Source: an uncultured bacterium
GTDB taxonomy: Bacteria; Krumholzibacteriota; Krumholzibacteriia; JACNKJ01
DNA: 64,000 nt
NCBI GenBank assembly: GCA_963695095.1
Contig: CAVOFT010000001.1
Coordinates: 1,792,001 to 1,856,000 of the forward strand
Reading direction: 5' to 3'
How positions within the stretch are numbered: position 1 is the stretch's first letter; every line of letters begins with the position of its first letter. The translations under genes were made by a program, and so were the position numbers. This document shows, piece by piece, positions 9,539-19,441 of the stretch. A model generated the notes under the pieces. The model was not told the DNA's origin, searched no databases, and saw nothing but the letters and a program-made list of their open reading frames with translations.

Positions 9539-11305
9539 ATGCACCGCATGTTCATGTCAATCAAGCGGATGGGCCTGGGCTCCCTCCTGGCGACCGCGAG
9601 CCTCCTCTGCGCGGCCCCGGGCCTGGCCGCGCCCAGCTTCGTCGGCGCCCCCGACTACCTGCGCGCCTTTTCCCCCAACGGCGACGGCAGCCGGGACAGC
9701 TGCCGCATCCAGTTCAGCGCGGAAGGCCAGAGCCTGCCGCTGGATCTGATCCAGCTCGGGATCTACGCCGACGCCGCCGTGCCGCCCGGGCCGGCCTCGC
9801 TGCTCGCCGCTCCGGCCCCCGACAGCGTGAACACCAGCGGCCTGCTCAGCCGCGCCTACTACACCTGGCACGGCCGAGGCGGCGACGATAGCGCGGGCCA
9901 GCCGCTCTTACCGGACGGCTTCTACTATCTCCATATCATGCTTCAAGAGGGTAGCGATCCCAATCAACGCGCCAATTTCCTTTGGCTCAATCCGCCGATC
10001 CAGCTCGAGCTGAACACCGCCGGGCCAAGCCTCGCTGCCCTCGCGCTGGAGCCCTCCTTCTATTTCACGCCCCTGCAGAGCGACGCGGACACGCTGCTGC
10101 AGCTGCTCTTCTACTCGACCGACTTCGACACGCTCACGGATGAGGCCCGGGCCACCGTCAGCCGGCAGGGCGAGGGCGGCCTGTGGACGCCGATCGCCCA
10201 GATCGAGCGGGATCCTCGCTACTTCAACCCGAACGACGGCCTCGGGGGCTTCCGGCTGCTCTGGAACGGGAGGGACGGCGAGGGCGCCATCGTCGACGGC
10301 AGCTACCGCCTCGCCCTGCGCGTCGACGACGACGCGGGCAATCCCGGCGCGGACGGCCTGCTCGCCTGCAACCTCGACGCCAAGGCGCCCGCGTTCACCC
10401 TGGTCGACTTCGGCGGGCCCGTCGAGGGCGGAGTCAACTTCACGCTGCAGTCGGATTCCCTGCCGGATTCCCTGGTGGTCAAGCTCACCGACCGCAACGG
10501 CGTTGCCAGCTGCGTGGGCGCGCTGGACAGCACGGCCGTCTTCGATCAGGTCGGCCGGCTGCTGCCCGAGTCCGTCGCCGGTGAGCACTACTACGCCTTC
10601 GACCTGCCGGCGGGCTGGGGCGGGGCCGGCGATCCGCTCAGCACGCACCATTTCTACCTCGACGGCGCCGATCTCGCAGGCAATCTGCGCAGCGACCTCA
10701 ACAGTCCGATCAACATCAGCATTACCCTGGACGATCTGGCGCCCCCCGTGCCGAGCCTGGATCCGATGCCCAGCGAGCACATCCAGCCGGTGGTCACCCT
10801 TCGCGGCAGCTGCAGCGAGTTCGCGGTGACCATCGAGCTCGCCGAGGACGGCGCCGTCCGGGCGAGCACGGTCACCGACATCAACGGGCGTTTCATGATG
10901 CCGGTCCCCTTGAACCCGGGCAGCCACGTCTGGACCGCTAGCAGCGTTGACGGCGCCGGCAACCGCTCGGCGCCGTCGACGGGACTCACCCTCGTCTACA
11001 GCCCGGGGCCGGCGCAGCGGATCCCCGGCAGGCTGCGCGGCGGCGGCGACGAACCCTTCCAGATCAACACCCACGCGCCGGCGCGGGCCGTCATCCTGCG
11101 CTTCTACAGCCTGGAGGGCGAACTGCTGCGCCGGCTCGATGCGCAGGGCGGTCCCCTCCAGTTCAGCGCGAACTGGGACCTCAAGGACGCCGGCGGGCGA
11201 GCGATCATGGACGGCCTGTGCGTGCTCACCCTCGAGATCGACTACCTCAGCGGCGAACGCGATCTCGAGCGAAAGGTGGTGGCCGTTGTCCGCGCCACGC
11301 ACTAG
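9539..11305 (+). CDS. Secreted protein with multiple FlgD-Ig / T9SS-CTD-like domains
   Basis: Signal peptide; FSPNGDG, WHG..PDGFY, WNGRDG..DGSY, DxAGN Ig repeats, C-terminal WDLKDAGG...RKVVAVVR; exact start (9539/9548/9554/9569) uncertain. Confidence 0.8.
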   Translation: MHRMFMSIKRMGLGSLLATASLLCAAPGLAAPSFVGAPDYLRAFSPNGDGSRDSCRIQFSAEGQSLPLDLIQLGIYADAAVPPGPASLLAAPAPDSVNTSGLLSRAYYTWHGRGGDDSAGQPLLPDGFYYLHIMLQEGSDPNQRANFLWLNPPIQLELNTAGPSLAALALEPSFYFTPLQSDADTLLQLLFYSTDFDTLTDEARATVSRQGEGGLWTPIAQIERDPRYFNPNDGLGGFRLLWNGRDGEGAIVDGSYRLALRVDDDAGNPGADGLLACNLDAKAPAFTLVDFGGPVEGGVNFTLQSDSLPDSLVVKLTDRNGVASCVGALDSTAVFDQVGRLLPESVAGEHYYAFDLPAGWGGAGDPLSTHHFYLDGADLAGNLRSDLNSPINISITLDDLAPPVPSLDPMPSEHIQPVVTLRGSCSEFAVTIELAEDGAVRASTVTDINGRFMMPVPLNPGSHVWTASSVDGAGNRSAPSTGLTLVYSPGPAQRIPGRLRGGGDEPFQINTHAPARAVILRFYSLEGELLRRLDAQGGPLQFSANWDLKDAGGRAIMDGLCVLTLEIDYLSGERDLERKVVAVVRATH

Positions 11306-12230
11306 CCGAGCGGTCGGCGCCCTCCTGCTGGCCCTGGCCCTGCCCTCCTCGGCCGGCGCGGCCTCCCAGGGCGGCAGCTTCCGGCTCTGGCCGCACGCCG
11401 CTCGCGACCTGGCCATGGCCGAAGCCGCCACGCTCCTGGCGCCGGGCGCCGAAGCGCTCTTCAGCCAGCCGGCCTCGCTGGTCGGCATGGACGGCTGGGA
11501 GGCCGGGGCCAGCCTGCAGCGGCCCGCCGGCCTGCCGGGGCTCGCTCTCGGCTCCTTCGTCATCGGCGCCGGCAGCGGCCGGCGGCTGGCCGGCCCCGGG
11601 GAGCGGACGCCGACCAGCCGGCACGCCGCGGCGCTGGGCTACCAGCACCTGGGGGCGGAGCTGGCGGACGGCTCGGGCTGGGGCGAATGGACGGCGGCGC
11701 TGGGCCTGGCCTGGAGCCCGCAGCGCTGGCTCTCGCTGGGCGCGCGCGGGGACTACAGCCGCGGCGGCAGCGAGGACGGCGAGGATCGGGGCCGGGCCGT
11801 CGCCCTGAGTCTGGGCCTGCGGGCGGTCGTGCTCAATCCGGGCCTGGAGTTCGGCTGGCTGGCGGGAGACGTCCATCAGCGCTTTCACTGGGAGGCGACG
11901 CCGGAGGATCAGCGGCGGCGGGCGGGCAGCCAGGTCTTCGCCCTCGCCGCGCGGCTGCCCGGCCAGCTCAGCGCGGAGCTGCAGGGCCTCTGGCGCTACC
12001 GCAGCCTGGAGCGGGCGGCCCTCGGCATGGAGTGGCTGCCCTTGGGGCCGAGCTTCGCCCTGCGCGGGGGACTGCTGCTCCATCGCCGCATCGAGGAGAG
12101 CCTCAGCCCCGCCTTCGGCGCCGGCTTCGCCCGGGGCTCCCTGCGCATCGACTACGGCTTCCGCTTCGAGCGCGCCGAGGGGCCGGGCTCGCAGCACCGG
12201 CTTTCCCTGCGCTGGGTGGACGGGCGCTGA
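11286..12230 (+). CDS. PorV/PorQ-like outer-membrane beta-barrel protein
   Basis: AARDLAMAEAAT...AEALFSQPASL (PorV/FadL-type N-terminal motif); C-terminal GAGF..LRIDYGF...GSQHRLSLRW; TTG start inferred. Confidence 0.75.
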   Translation: MSAPRTSRAVGALLLALALPSSAGAASQGGSFRLWPHAARDLAMAEAATLLAPGAEALFSQPASLVGMDGWEAGASLQRPAGLPGLALGSFVIGAGSGRRLAGPGERTPTSRHAAALGYQHLGAELADGSGWGEWTAALGLAWSPQRWLSLGARGDYSRGGSEDGEDRGRAVALSLGLRAVVLNPGLEFGWLAGDVHQRFHWEATPEDQRRRAGSQVFALAARLPGQLSAELQGLWRYRSLERAALGMEWLPLGPSFALRGGLLLHRRIEESLSPAFGAGFARGSLRIDYGFRFERAEGPGSQHRLSLRWVDGR

Positions 12231-12811
12231 TGGCGGCGCGCCTCGCCCCGTGGGCCGCCGTTCTGCTCGCGGGCGGCTTCGCGCTGACGGGGAGCGGCCC
12301 GGCGGCAGCGAGCGCGGCCGCGCCGTCGGGCGCGGCGATCGAGGGCAGCTACCTCCTGGCGGGCGGCGGGGCCGCCTGGCTCTTCGAGCCCGGCCGCGGC
12401 TCGCGGAGTTTCGTGGCGGAGGCCCTCTTCCATCCCGATGCCGTGGGGCAGTTCTCGGCCCGCCTCGCCCGCCTGCGCCTGGGCCTCTGCCTGCGCTACA
12501 CTCGCAGCCTGGTGGTGGACCGGCTGGACAGCCAGGGCGCCGAAGTCGCCGTCCGCCGCGGGCTCGGGCGAGAGGGCCTGCGCCTGGCGCCCTTCGTGGA
12601 ACTGGGCCTGGGCCAGTACCGGGTGGATGACAGGCGCCAGGCCGGCGCCCGCTCGACCTGGAGCGCGGTCCTCGGCCTCGGGGCCGAGCGCTCGCTGGGC
12701 GGGCGCTGGCTCATTGCCGGAGCCGTCCAGCTGCGCAGCCTCGAGTTCGCCGAGGAGGGCCTCAGCCACGCGGGCTTCACTCTGACTCTTGGCGGAAGGA
12801 TCGATTCGTGA
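12230..12811 (+). CDS. Small outer-membrane beta-barrel protein
   Basis: Signal peptide; amphipathic strands (LAPFVELGLG, LGLGAE, HAGFTLTLG); coupled to both neighbours. Confidence 0.65.
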   Translation: MAARLAPWAAVLLAGGFALTGSGPAAASAAAPSGAAIEGSYLLAGGGAAWLFEPGRGSRSFVAEALFHPDAVGQFSARLARLRLGLCLRYTRSLVVDRLDSQGAEVAVRRGLGREGLRLAPFVELGLGQYRVDDRRQAGARSTWSAVLGLGAERSLGGRWLIAGAVQLRSLEFAEEGLSHAGFTLTLGGRIDS

Positions 12812-13608
12812 ACGCCTATCGACGGCGGCGTGACGGCCTGCCCTTCGGCGACAGTCCCTACCCCTGGACCCTGCGCCTGGTCGCGATCAACGTGCTGGTC
12901 TTCGTGCTCATGCTGCTCGCGATCCGGACGAGCTGGGGCATCGGCCTCTTCAACGAGCTGCTGCTCGTCCCCGGCCAGGTGCTGCGCGGCCACGTCTGGC
13001 AGCTCTTCACCTACATGTTCCTGCACAGCCCCAGCCTCGAGCGCTTCCTCTTCCTGCCGCTGCCGACGCACCTCGTCTTCAACATGCTCATCCTCTGGAT
13101 GATGGGCCGCGAGGTCGAGCTCAGCCTGGGTAGCGCCACCTTCCTGCGCCTCTACTTCCTCTGCGGCCTGGCGGCGGGCCTGTGCAGCCTCTTCATGGGC
13201 AGCCCGGTGCTCGGCGCCTCGGGGGCGGTGCTTGGCATCCTGGCGGTCTACGGCAGCCTCTTCCCCGATCGCATCATCCTGGCCTTCTTCTTCATTCCGA
13301 TGAAGGTGAAGTACTTCATCTGGGTGGTGGCGGCCATCGATCTGCTCGGGGCCATCCAGGGCGGGGGCAACATCGCCCACCTGGCCCATATCGGCGGCCT
13401 CTTCACCGGCATCCTCCTGATGCGCACCGGCTGGTATCGCCACCGCTGGCTGGACCTCGGCAGCTGGCAGCGCCGCCGGGCCCTGCACCAGCAGCGCGAT
13501 CGGCATCGCCGGGTGGATGAGATCCTCGAGAAGGTGAGCCGGGAGGGGATCCACTCCCTGTCGGCCCAGGAGCGGAGCTTCCTGGAGCAGGCGCGGCGCG
13601 AGCGCTGA
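12808..13608 (+). CDS. Rhomboid intramembrane serine protease with C-terminal DUF6576-like domain
   Basis: WQLFTYMFLH, HLVFNM, GASG catalytic Ser, AHIGG His; tail VDEILEKVSREGIHSLS. Confidence 0.92.
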   Translation: MNAYRRRRDGLPFGDSPYPWTLRLVAINVLVFVLMLLAIRTSWGIGLFNELLLVPGQVLRGHVWQLFTYMFLHSPSLERFLFLPLPTHLVFNMLILWMMGREVELSLGSATFLRLYFLCGLAAGLCSLFMGSPVLGASGAVLGILAVYGSLFPDRIILAFFFIPMKVKYFIWVVAAIDLLGAIQGGGNIAHLAHIGGLFTGILLMRTGWYRHRWLDLGSWQRRRALHQQRDRHRRVDEILEKVSREGIHSLSAQERSFLEQARRER

Positions 13609-13624
13609 GCCGGCGAGTCGGCGC

Positions 13625-13678
13625 GGCGGGACGACCCTGCCCGCAGCCGACGTGCCGTCGGCGGCAGGGCCGTCCCGC
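13625..13678. repeat. Long imperfect inverted repeat in a convergent intergenic gap
   Basis: GCGGGACGACCCTGCC...GGCAGGGCCGTCCCGC with inner GCCGAC/GTCGGC stem. Confidence 0.55.
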
Positions 13679-13747
13679 CTGCCTGGGCGGGGGCCCGGTG
13701 GATCCGGACCGGATGGGGGATCGCGACGGATCCCCGGTGGGGGAGGG

Positions 13748-14719
13748 CTAGCCCCGGCGCTGGCCGTCCTTTTTCAGTTGCTTCTCCAGTTGCTCCAGCC
13801 GCTCTTCGAGCCGCTCGAGCTTCTGCTCGAGATCGCCCCGTGCGCCCTCGAGGCGGCGGATGATGCGCTGGCGCTGCGGGCCCTCATCGGCGAAGCCCTT
13901 GAAGAAGACGTTCATGTCGGACTCGGGAATCGTGACCGTCGTGCTGCGGCGCTTGCCCTGGCGCAGGTAGGCCAGCTCGCCCGGGTCCTCGCCGGCCAGG
14001 GCACCGACGGCCTCGCGCAGATCATCGGCGTCGCTCACCGTGGCACCGCCGAGGCCGACGATGACGTCGCCCGGCTCCAGGCCGGCCTTGGCGGCAGGGC
14101 TCTCTTCGTTCACGTCCAGCACGAGGGCGCCGGACGTCGCGCCGGGGAAGTAGGCGGCCAGGGGGCCCTCCAGATCGCGCACCTCGACGCCGAGGCGGCC
14201 GCCGCCCTGGTCGCCGAAGGCGTGAATCCAGTTCAGATGCTCAGAGCCGAAGCGCAGGTCCCGGAGACCGCCCTCACCGAGCAGCTGCGCGCCCTCCCGC
14301 TCGCCGAGCGTGACCTCGTAGGTCTTGACCTTGCCGTCGCGCTCGGCCTTGAGCTTCACCGTATCGCCGGGCTTGTGGGCGCGGACCTTGGCGCTCAGGT
14401 CGGCGGCATCGGCGACCGCCTTGCCCGCGAACTCGACGACGATATCGCCCGCCTGCAAGCCCGCGGCGGCGGCCGGCGTGTCCGCGAAGACCGAGCGGAG
14501 GCGCACGCCCTTGCCGGCAGCGCCGCCCTCGTCCCCGTCATCGAGATCGCCGAGGGTGACGCCGAGATAGCCGCCCTGGCCGCGCGCGCTCAGATCGGCG
14601 CCCTCGTCGATGACGATCACCTGGCGACCGTCGTCCGTCGTCCAGTGCTGCTCGCCGCCGACGGCCAGGGCCGGCAGCGCAAGGAGGGCAGCAGTCGCCA
14701 TTGCAAGCCATCGCTTCAT
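13748..14719 (-). CDS. Periplasmic tandem PDZ domain protein without a protease domain
   Basis: Signal peptide; GYLGV...TPAAAAGLQAGD and RLGV...SPAAKAGLEPGD; C-terminal coiled coil. Confidence 0.88.
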   Translation of the reverse strand: MKRWLAMATAALLALPALAVGGEQHWTTDDGRQVIVIDEGADLSARGQGGYLGVTLGDLDDGDEGGAAGKGVRLRSVFADTPAAAAGLQAGDIVVEFAGKAVADAADLSAKVRAHKPGDTVKLKAERDGKVKTYEVTLGEREGAQLLGEGGLRDLRFGSEHLNWIHAFGDQGGGRLGVEVRDLEGPLAAYFPGATSGALVLDVNEESPAAKAGLEPGDVIVGLGGATVSDADDLREAVGALAGEDPGELAYLRQGKRRSTTVTIPESDMNVFFKGFADEGPQRQRIIRRLEGARGDLEQKLERLEERLEQLEKQLKKDGQRRG

Positions 14720-14801
14720 CGTCGAAACCTCCAGGCAGGGGGGGAGAACACAGGGGCGATCTACGGCAGCTTTGCCGGGGAGTTCCAGCGCGAACGCTGC
14801 G

Positions 14802-14830
14802 TTGACCGGGGGCGCCCGCTCCCGTATCCT
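14802..14830 (+). promoter_or_regulatory. sigma70-type promoter directly upstream of dapF
   Basis: TTGACC-N17-TATCCT, ending 8 nt before ATG 14839. Confidence 0.6.
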
Positions 14831-14838
14831 CCCGCGCC

Positions 14839-15714
14839 ATGGCAATCGCAGTTCATCGCATGAGCGCCGCCGGCAACGCCTTCTACCTCGCGATCGATCT
14901 CGAGCTCGAGGCCGCCGAGGTCGCGGCACTCGCGCGCCGCGTGAGCGCCGGGCAGGACCTCGCGCCCGAGGACGATGGCCCGCGCGCGGCCCCGAGCGAC
15001 GGCTTGATCCTCTGCACGCGGCGGCCCGGCGCGCCGCCCCGGCAGTCCATGTTCAATCCCGACGGCAGCAGCGGCCACTGCGCCAACGGCCTGCGCTGTC
15101 TCGCCTGGCTGCTCGATCGCGAGGGGCGCCTGCCGGCCGACGGCATCATCGAGACCGTGGATGGGCCGGTGGCGCTCCAAGTGACCGGGGATCAGGTGGG
15201 GGCGGCGCTGGGCCCTCTGCGCCGCCTCGACGGCTTCCCCGCCCCGGACGCGCTCTGTGCGATCGCTCTCGATGAGGAGACCCTCACCGGCTATGCCGCC
15301 TTCGTCGGCAATCCGCAGTTCGTCATCTTCGGCGACGCCGCCCTGCAGGCCCGCGTCGGGGAGCTGGGGCCGCGCCTGCAGGGACATCCGCGCTTCCCGG
15401 ATGGCGTCAACGTCGAGTTCGTGCAGGCGGGAGCGGGCGCCGAGGGCGCGGACTGGACGGTGCGGGTCTGGGAGCGCGGCGTCGGCGAGACGCCGGCCTG
15501 CGGGACGGGCGCCCTCGCGGTGGCCGCCGTGGGTCCGCAAGGCATCGCCCGCGGCGAGACGCGCAGGCTCGCCTATCCGGGCGGCGCGCTGAGCGTGCGG
15601 CGCGATGGGGCGGACCGCCTGCACCTGGCCGGTCCCGTCCGCTACGAAGGTCGCTACCGGCTGACGGCCCTGGCGACGAGCCGACCGAGCACGTGGGAAG
15701 GAGAGGCTCCGTGA
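14839..15714 (+). CDS. dapF: Diaminopimelate epimerase
   Basis: GNAF, NPDGS..CANG, GNP, GVNVEF, RVWERGVGETPACGTG. Confidence 0.93.
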   Translation: MAIAVHRMSAAGNAFYLAIDLELEAAEVAALARRVSAGQDLAPEDDGPRAAPSDGLILCTRRPGAPPRQSMFNPDGSSGHCANGLRCLAWLLDREGRLPADGIIETVDGPVALQVTGDQVGAALGPLRRLDGFPAPDALCAIALDEETLTGYAAFVGNPQFVIFGDAALQARVGELGPRLQGHPRFPDGVNVEFVQAGAGAEGADWTVRVWERGVGETPACGTGALAVAAVGPQGIARGETRRLAYPGGALSVRRDGADRLHLAGPVRYEGRYRLTALATSRPSTWEGEAP

Positions 15715-16640
15715 TCGAGCTGCAAGGCGTGACGAAGCGCTACGACAAGACCATTGCCGTGGACGGCATCGACTACCGTTTCCAGCCGGGCAAGCTGACG
15801 GGCTTCCTGGGCCCCAACGGGGCGGGCAAGTCCACGACGATCCGCATGATCATGAACATCATCGCACCGGACTCCGGGCGCATCACCGCGGGTGGCCTGC
15901 CGCTCAGCGAATCCTTCCGCAACCGGCTCGGCTACCTGCCCGAGGAACGCGGGCTCTACAAGAAGATGAAGGTGATCGACCATCTCACTTTCTTCGGCAC
16001 GCTCAAGGGACTCAAGCGCGGCGAGGCGAAGCGGCGCAGCCTGGCCTGGCTGGAGAAGCTGGGCCTGGCCGAGCGCGCCCAGAGCAAGGTGGAGGACCTC
16101 TCCAAGGGCATGCAGCAGAAGATCCAGTTCGCGGGCACCTTGCTCCACGAGCCGGAGCTGGTTCTCCTCGACGAGCCCTTCAGCGGCCTCGACCCGCTCA
16201 ACGTCGATGCCTTCAAGGAGGTGCTGCTCGGCCTCAAGGCCAAGGGCTGCACGCTGATCTTCTCCACCCACATGATGGAGCAGGCCGAGCAGCTCTGCGA
16301 CGAGATCGCCCTCATCGACAAGGGCCGGCTGGTGCTCGCGGGCACCCTGCCGGCGCTGCGGGCCTCCTTCGGCCGCAGCAACCTGCGCGTGCGCTTCGCG
16401 GGGGACGCCGCCATCCTGCGCGAGGATGCGCGCGTGGCCGACTACGGCGAGCCCGCGCCGGGCCTGGCCGAACTCCGGCTCGTCGATGCCGGGCTGGTCA
16501 GCGCGGTGCTGCGCGACTGGAGCGCCCGTCTGGAGATCGAGCACTTCGAGGTGATGGTGCCCAGTCTGCACAACATCTTCGTCCACACGGTGACGGCGGC
16601 CGGCGCGGCGCGGCAGGAGGGGGCGACGTGGACAAGGTGA
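15711..16640 (+). CDS. ABC transporter ATP-binding protein
   Basis: GPNGAGKST, LSKGMQQ, LLDEPFSGLDP. Confidence 0.95.
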   Translation: MIELQGVTKRYDKTIAVDGIDYRFQPGKLTGFLGPNGAGKSTTIRMIMNIIAPDSGRITAGGLPLSESFRNRLGYLPEERGLYKKMKVIDHLTFFGTLKGLKRGEAKRRSLAWLEKLGLAERAQSKVEDLSKGMQQKIQFAGTLLHEPELVLLDEPFSGLDPLNVDAFKEVLLGLKAKGCTLIFSTHMMEQAEQLCDEIALIDKGRLVLAGTLPALRASFGRSNLRVRFAGDAAILREDARVADYGEPAPGLAELRLVDAGLVSAVLRDWSARLEIEHFEVMVPSLHNIFVHTVTAAGAARQEGATWTR

Positions 16641-17902
16641 TGGCGGTGCTCATCCGCGAATACCTGGAGCGGGTGAAGCGCAAATCCTTCGTGATCGGCC
16701 TCATCCTGGTGCCGCTCTTCATGAGCGCGGTCATCGTGCTGCCGCTCTGGCTCAGCTCGGTGGAGGAGGAGGCCGGCAGTCGGGGCCTCATCCTCGATGC
16801 CAGCGGGCTCGTCAAGGCCCCCCTGGAAGCGGCCATGACCGCCGATACCCTGAGCGGCGGGCGAGCCCGCTATCGCTTCCTCGACGCCGAGGTGGGCGAT
16901 GCGCCGTTTCTTGCCGCCAGCACGCCGGATTCGGCGCTCAATGCGCTGCTCAGCGAAGGGGCCATCGATTGGGTGCTGCGCGTGCCTGCCGATGTCCTCG
17001 AGCACGGCCGCTGCGAGTACCATGGGCGGGTGGTGAGCAACTTCACGCAGCTGGAGGGCATCCAGTCCCGGCTGACCGAGATCCTGCGCGGCGAGCGGCT
17101 GCGCCGGCTGGATCTCGATCCTGCCCTGCTGTCGGTCCTCACGGTGCGCGCCGATTTGCGCACCTTCCAGCACAAGGGCGAGGCCACCAGCGAGGCCGGC
17201 TTCGAGACGCTCTACTTCGGCACGCTCACCCTGGTGATGATCCTGTACATGACCATCCTCGTCTTCGGCACGATGATCCAGCGCAGCATCCTCGAGGACA
17301 AGAACCAGCACATCACGGAGATCGTGCTGTCGAGCATGAGCGCCACCCGCTTCTTCACGGGCAAGATCCTGGGCATCGGGGCGGTGGGTCTGACGCAGTA
17401 CCTCGCCTGGCTCCTGCTCGGGGGTCTCGCCGCCGCCTTCGGCCTGCTCAGCAGCGCGCACCTGGAGGCTTTGCCCGCCCTGCAGCCGGCCACCCTGGCC
17501 GCCTTCGTCAGCTTTTACGTGCTCGGCTTCCTGCTCTACGCCGGGCTCTTCGCGGCGGTGGGCGCCATGAGCACCACCGACCAGGAGGCGCAGCAGCTCA
17601 TGCAGCCGCTGGTGATGCTGCTCGTCGTGCCCCTGGTGATCATGATCTACATCTTCCAGAACCCGGACTCGCCGGTGTCGGTCGTGCTCAGCCTGATCCC
17701 GGTCTTCACGCCGCTGGTGATGTTCATGCGCATCAACATCAGCTCGCCGCCCCTCTGGCAGGTGGGGCTGGCCTACCTGCTGCTCGCGCTGTCGGTGGTG
17801 CTGGTCTTCGTCGTCTCGGCCCGCATCTTCCGGGTCGGCATCCTGATGACGGGCAAGAAGCTGAGCTTGGTGGAAGCCTGGCGCTGGGTGAGGCAGCCCT
17901 GA
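16628..17902 (+). CDS. ABC-2 type transporter permease (NatB/YhaP-like)
   Basis: REYLERVKRKSF, large periplasmic loop, EDK..ITEIVLSS, multiple TM helices. Confidence 0.92.
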   Translation: MDKVMAVLIREYLERVKRKSFVIGLILVPLFMSAVIVLPLWLSSVEEEAGSRGLILDASGLVKAPLEAAMTADTLSGGRARYRFLDAEVGDAPFLAASTPDSALNALLSEGAIDWVLRVPADVLEHGRCEYHGRVVSNFTQLEGIQSRLTEILRGERLRRLDLDPALLSVLTVRADLRTFQHKGEATSEAGFETLYFGTLTLVMILYMTILVFGTMIQRSILEDKNQHITEIVLSSMSATRFFTGKILGIGAVGLTQYLAWLLLGGLAAAFGLLSSAHLEALPALQPATLAAFVSFYVLGFLLYAGLFAAVGAMSTTDQEAQQLMQPLVMLLVVPLVIMIYIFQNPDSPVSVVLSLIPVFTPLVMFMRINISSPPLWQVGLAYLLLALSVVLVFVVSARIFRVGILMTGKKLSLVEAWRWVRQP

Positions 17903-18771
17903 CGACTAGCCCGGGCATCGGCGCGGCGGGCGAGGGGCCGGCAGACTACCGCATCGGTCTGCTGCAGTTCGCCCCGCGGCTGGGTTGCCGCGAGGAGAAC
18001 CTGGCGGCCATCGCCGCCGGGCTCGGCGAGGCCGAGGCAGAGCTCTTCGTCCTGCCCGAGCTGGCGACCAGCGGCTATGCCCTGCCCGGCCGGGAGGCGG
18101 CCCTCGCCCTCGCCGAGCGCCCGGAGGGCAGTCCCGGCCTGGCCGTCCTGCAGGAACTCGCCGAGCGCAAGCGTGCCGCCCTGGCCGTCGGTCTGCCGCT
18201 CGCCGAGGGCGAGCGCCTCTACAACGCCGCTGCGCTCCTGCGCCCCGGCCAAGCGCCCTCGTTCTATCGCAAGCTGCACCTCTTCGACCGCGAGCGGGAG
18301 CTCTTCGATCCCGGCGATCGCGCGCCGGCCCTGGTCGAGCACGGCGGCCTGCGCATCGGCCTCATGATCTGCTTCGACTGGGTCTTCCCCGAGTTGGCTC
18401 GCTGCCTCGCCCTGGCCGGTGCGGACCTGCTCGCGCACCCCGCCAACCTCGTGCTGCCCGGCCTGGCCCAGGCGGCGATGGTGACCCGGGCGATCGAGAA
18501 CGGCGTCTTCGCGGCAACAGCGAACCGCGTGGGGGAGGAGCGCTTCCCCGCCGCGCCGGAGCCGCTGCGCTTCACCGGCAGCAGCCAGCTCCTGGATCCC
18601 CGCGGTCGGGCCCTGCTCGCCCTGGATGCGACAGAGACGCGCTGCGCCGTGGCGGCCATCGCGCCGGCAGCGGCTCGCGACAAGCGCCTGACGACTCGCA
18701 ATCACCTCTTCGCCGACCGCCGGCCCGACTGCTACCCCGGTCTCCTGGACGAGCATGCCGGCCCGGCCTGA
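17899..18771 (+). CDS. Nitrilase / carbon-nitrogen hydrolase family protein
   Basis: LPELATSGY, YRKLHLF, ICFDW (E-K-C triad), ANRVG; start inferred at a CTG overlapping the upstream TGA. Confidence 0.88.
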   Translation: MTTSPGIGAAGEGPADYRIGLLQFAPRLGCREENLAAIAAGLGEAEAELFVLPELATSGYALPGREAALALAERPEGSPGLAVLQELAERKRAALAVGLPLAEGERLYNAAALLRPGQAPSFYRKLHLFDRERELFDPGDRAPALVEHGGLRIGLMICFDWVFPELARCLALAGADLLAHPANLVLPGLAQAAMVTRAIENGVFAATANRVGEERFPAAPEPLRFTGSSQLLDPRGRALLALDATETRCAVAAIAPAAARDKRLTTRNHLFADRRPDCYPGLLDEHAGPA

Positions 18772-19384
18772 GCCGAGCGCCGCGCGCGCGCTGGCCATGG
18801 CTCTCCGTGGCGCGCTGGCCGGTGGCGAGCCGGCGCCCGCCGACGCCGGCCTCCTGGATGCCGCCGTGCTCGTGCCCTTGCTCGATCTCGACGGTCGCCC
18901 GGCCCTGCTCTACCTGCGCCGCGCCCAGACCCTGCCCGATCACCCCGGGCAGGTGGCCTTCCCTGGCGGCCTGCGCGAAGCGGGCGACCGCGACCTCGCC
19001 GCGACGGCCCTGCGCGAGGCGGCCGAGGAGGTGGCGGTGGATCCGGCGGCCATCGAGCTGCTGGGGGCCTTGCCCCGCGTCAGCACGCTGGCGAAGTACA
19101 GCATCCAGCCCTGGCTCAGCCTCTGGCCGCCAGGCTGCTACGCGCCGGCCAGTCCGGCGGAAGTGGATCGCGTCTTCCAGGTGCCCCTGGCCTGGCTGGT
19201 GGATCCCGCCAGCAGCCGCGAGATCGAGATCGAGCTGCCCGAGCGGCGACTCAGCGCGCCGGCCTGGTGCTGGGATGGCGAAATCATCTGGGGAGCCACG
19301 AGGCGGATCACCCAGGAAGTGCTCCTGCGACTGCCGGCGAGCGGGCCCGGCTTTGGTCTTGAGAAAGGGCATGGCATGGACTAG
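18755..19384 (+). CDS. Nudix hydrolase, CoA pyrophosphatase family
   Basis: AAVLVPL, HPGQVAFPGG, TALREAAEEV, IWGAT. Confidence 0.9.
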   Translation: MPARPEPSAARALAMALRGALAGGEPAPADAGLLDAAVLVPLLDLDGRPALLYLRRAQTLPDHPGQVAFPGGLREAGDRDLAATALREAAEEVAVDPAAIELLGALPRVSTLAKYSIQPWLSLWPPGCYAPASPAEVDRVFQVPLAWLVDPASSREIEIELPERRLSAPAWCWDGEIIWGATRRITQEVLLRLPASGPGFGLEKGHGMD

Positions 19385-19441
19385 ACTGCGGAGTCCGCAT
19401 TGCAATCGATTCAGGGGCCCTGGGCTAGACGGGATCCGCAC

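Noticed and set aside
12808..13608. Rhomboid as a rhombosortase for the IKxLY tail
   Set aside because: The tail has no TM helix, and this rhomboid type is widespread; no direct support
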